From the NCBI RefSeq assembly GCF_006345805.1, contig NC_043004.1:33480001-33544000 (forward strand): DNA of 64,000 bases. Direction: 5' to 3'. Shown piece after piece: positions 62,605 through 64,000 of this stretch. Both the position numbers and the translations under genes were made by a program. The notes below the pieces were generated by a model that was not told the origin of the DNA, did no database searches, and was given only the letters and a program-made list of their open reading frames with translations. Position 1 is the stretch's first letter; each line of letters opens with the position of its first letter. This stretch comes from Octopus sinensis. Taxonomy: Eukaryota.

Positions 62605-63093
62605 AATCGAATTCGAAATCAAATTCAATGACTGGCATTCATGCTAGCGGAGCGCTAAGAGTACCATATGAGGGAGATCAGGGCCAGAGCAACAAGCTGG
62701 CATCTGAGCTGATGGCACGTTAAAAACACCATTCGTGCGTGATCATTACCTGTGTCGCCTTATTAGCACTTGTGCTAGTGGCACGTGAAAAAACATTCGA
62801 GCGAGGTCGCTGCCAGTGCCGCTGGACTGGCTCCTGTGCAGGTTGCACATAACAAGCATGTGTGGCCGTTGCCAGTACCGCCTGACTGGCCCTCGTGCTG
62901 GTGGCATGTAAAAGCACCCACTACACTCTTGGAGTGGTTGGCATTAGGAAGGGCATCCAGCTGTAGAAACATTGCCAGATCAGATTGGAGTCTGGTGCAG
63001 CCATCTGGTTCACCAGACCTCAGTCAAATCGTCCAACCCATGCCAGCATGGAAAGCAGACGTTAAACGATGATGATGATGATGATGATGATGA
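62605..63093 (+). mobile_element. Retroposon family C, long copy
   Basis: aaatcaaattcaatgactggcattcatgctagcggagcgctaagag...ggaaagcagacgttaaacgatgatg. Confidence 0.85.
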
Positions 63094-63329
63094 AGAACCA
63101 TTCTTCTCAGTTTCTCTCTCCCTATTCTCTACTTTACACTCACTTTCTTGTACTTTGAGACTAAACACCGATATTCCACCAACCCCAACTGTATCACTTT
63201 TGTCAGTTGCTCCAGCCAGCGACCCTTATATAATGCAGGGTAGCCATACATCGTCTCTATCGCAGGACACTGGTTCCTGTCCCTCTGTCAAGGTTTAGCC
63301 TTTCAACGCCTGGCATAAAGTCACCTTCT

Positions 63330-63607
63330 TCTCTATTACATCTCTATCCAGTTGGCGTGGGTGGCTTCTTCTGTCTTGTAAGTTATTTGGTGACCTTTCT
63401 TGTGCCAGTGGCACCAAGTACATTCTGAAAAAAAGCACCAAGTACACTTTGTAAAGTGAGTGGAACTTGAGAGGAGATCCAACTTTAGAGACCATGGCAA
63501 AGCAGACATTGGAGCTCAACACAGTTGTTTGGTTCCCCATAGGCTGTTGTACTGTCTAACCCATTGCAGCATGGAAGATGGACCTTAAAAGATGATGATG
63601 ACGATGA
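63330..63607 (+). mobile_element. Retroposon family C-related 3' part, diverged
   Basis: gtgccagtggcacc...aacccattgcagcatggaagatggaccttaaaagatgatg. Confidence 0.6.
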
Positions 63608-63716
63608 TTCCATACCAGAATTTTTGTCTCAAATATTCTAAATGTTTAACCAATGTAACATTACTTTTTCTTGTAAATGTGTGTGTGTGTGCGAGTGTGT
63701 GTATGTGTGTGTGTGT

Positions 63717-63750
<34 letters not shown>

Positions 63751-64000
63751 TTCATAAATATTTTGAGGTTAAATCTGATGTAAAACAACAAATTAACGTT
63801 GACTTGATTTCTCCATTAGACCAGTTTCAGAAAGACAATCCATCATGCTATCTCTAAATTATCTTGTTAAATAAGGTTATTTAGCTTAATTATGCAAAAT
63901 TCAAATTATTACTTAAGTGTTAGTCGATGTACTTGGCAATTCAACTTTGAAATTATTTGAATACCAATTTATTAAGAAAGTGAAAATTTTTGTATGTTGT

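Overview
AT-rich, CpG-depleted eukaryotic DNA dominated by microsatellites, several tRNA-derived SINE families, Tc1/mariner fragments, MITEs and decayed LINE/Penelope fragments. The repeat landscape looks like a coleoid cephalopod, probably Octopus (inference from repeat style; no search was run). Almost all ORFs in the supplied track are microsatellite or TE artefacts. There is one CpG-rich promoter-like island at ~61430-62040 (E2F, NRF1, ETS and YY1-like motifs). Next to it lies a minus-strand ATG|GTGAGT exon end, so most of the window may be introns of one minus-strand gene. Only tentative small exons of that gene can be proposed and no product can be named. The most interesting signals are RNA-level: a near-canonical minimal hammerhead ribozyme at 4459-4526; a tRNA-headed SINE whose 3' tail carries a hammerhead-like, Penelope-type core (3 copies, two as a head-to-head palindrome); further degenerate hammerhead-like motifs in other repeats; a young non-autonomous RTE derivative with a structured 5' end; and many inverted-repeat pairs able to form long intronic dsRNA. 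Coordinates of degenerate elements are approximate.
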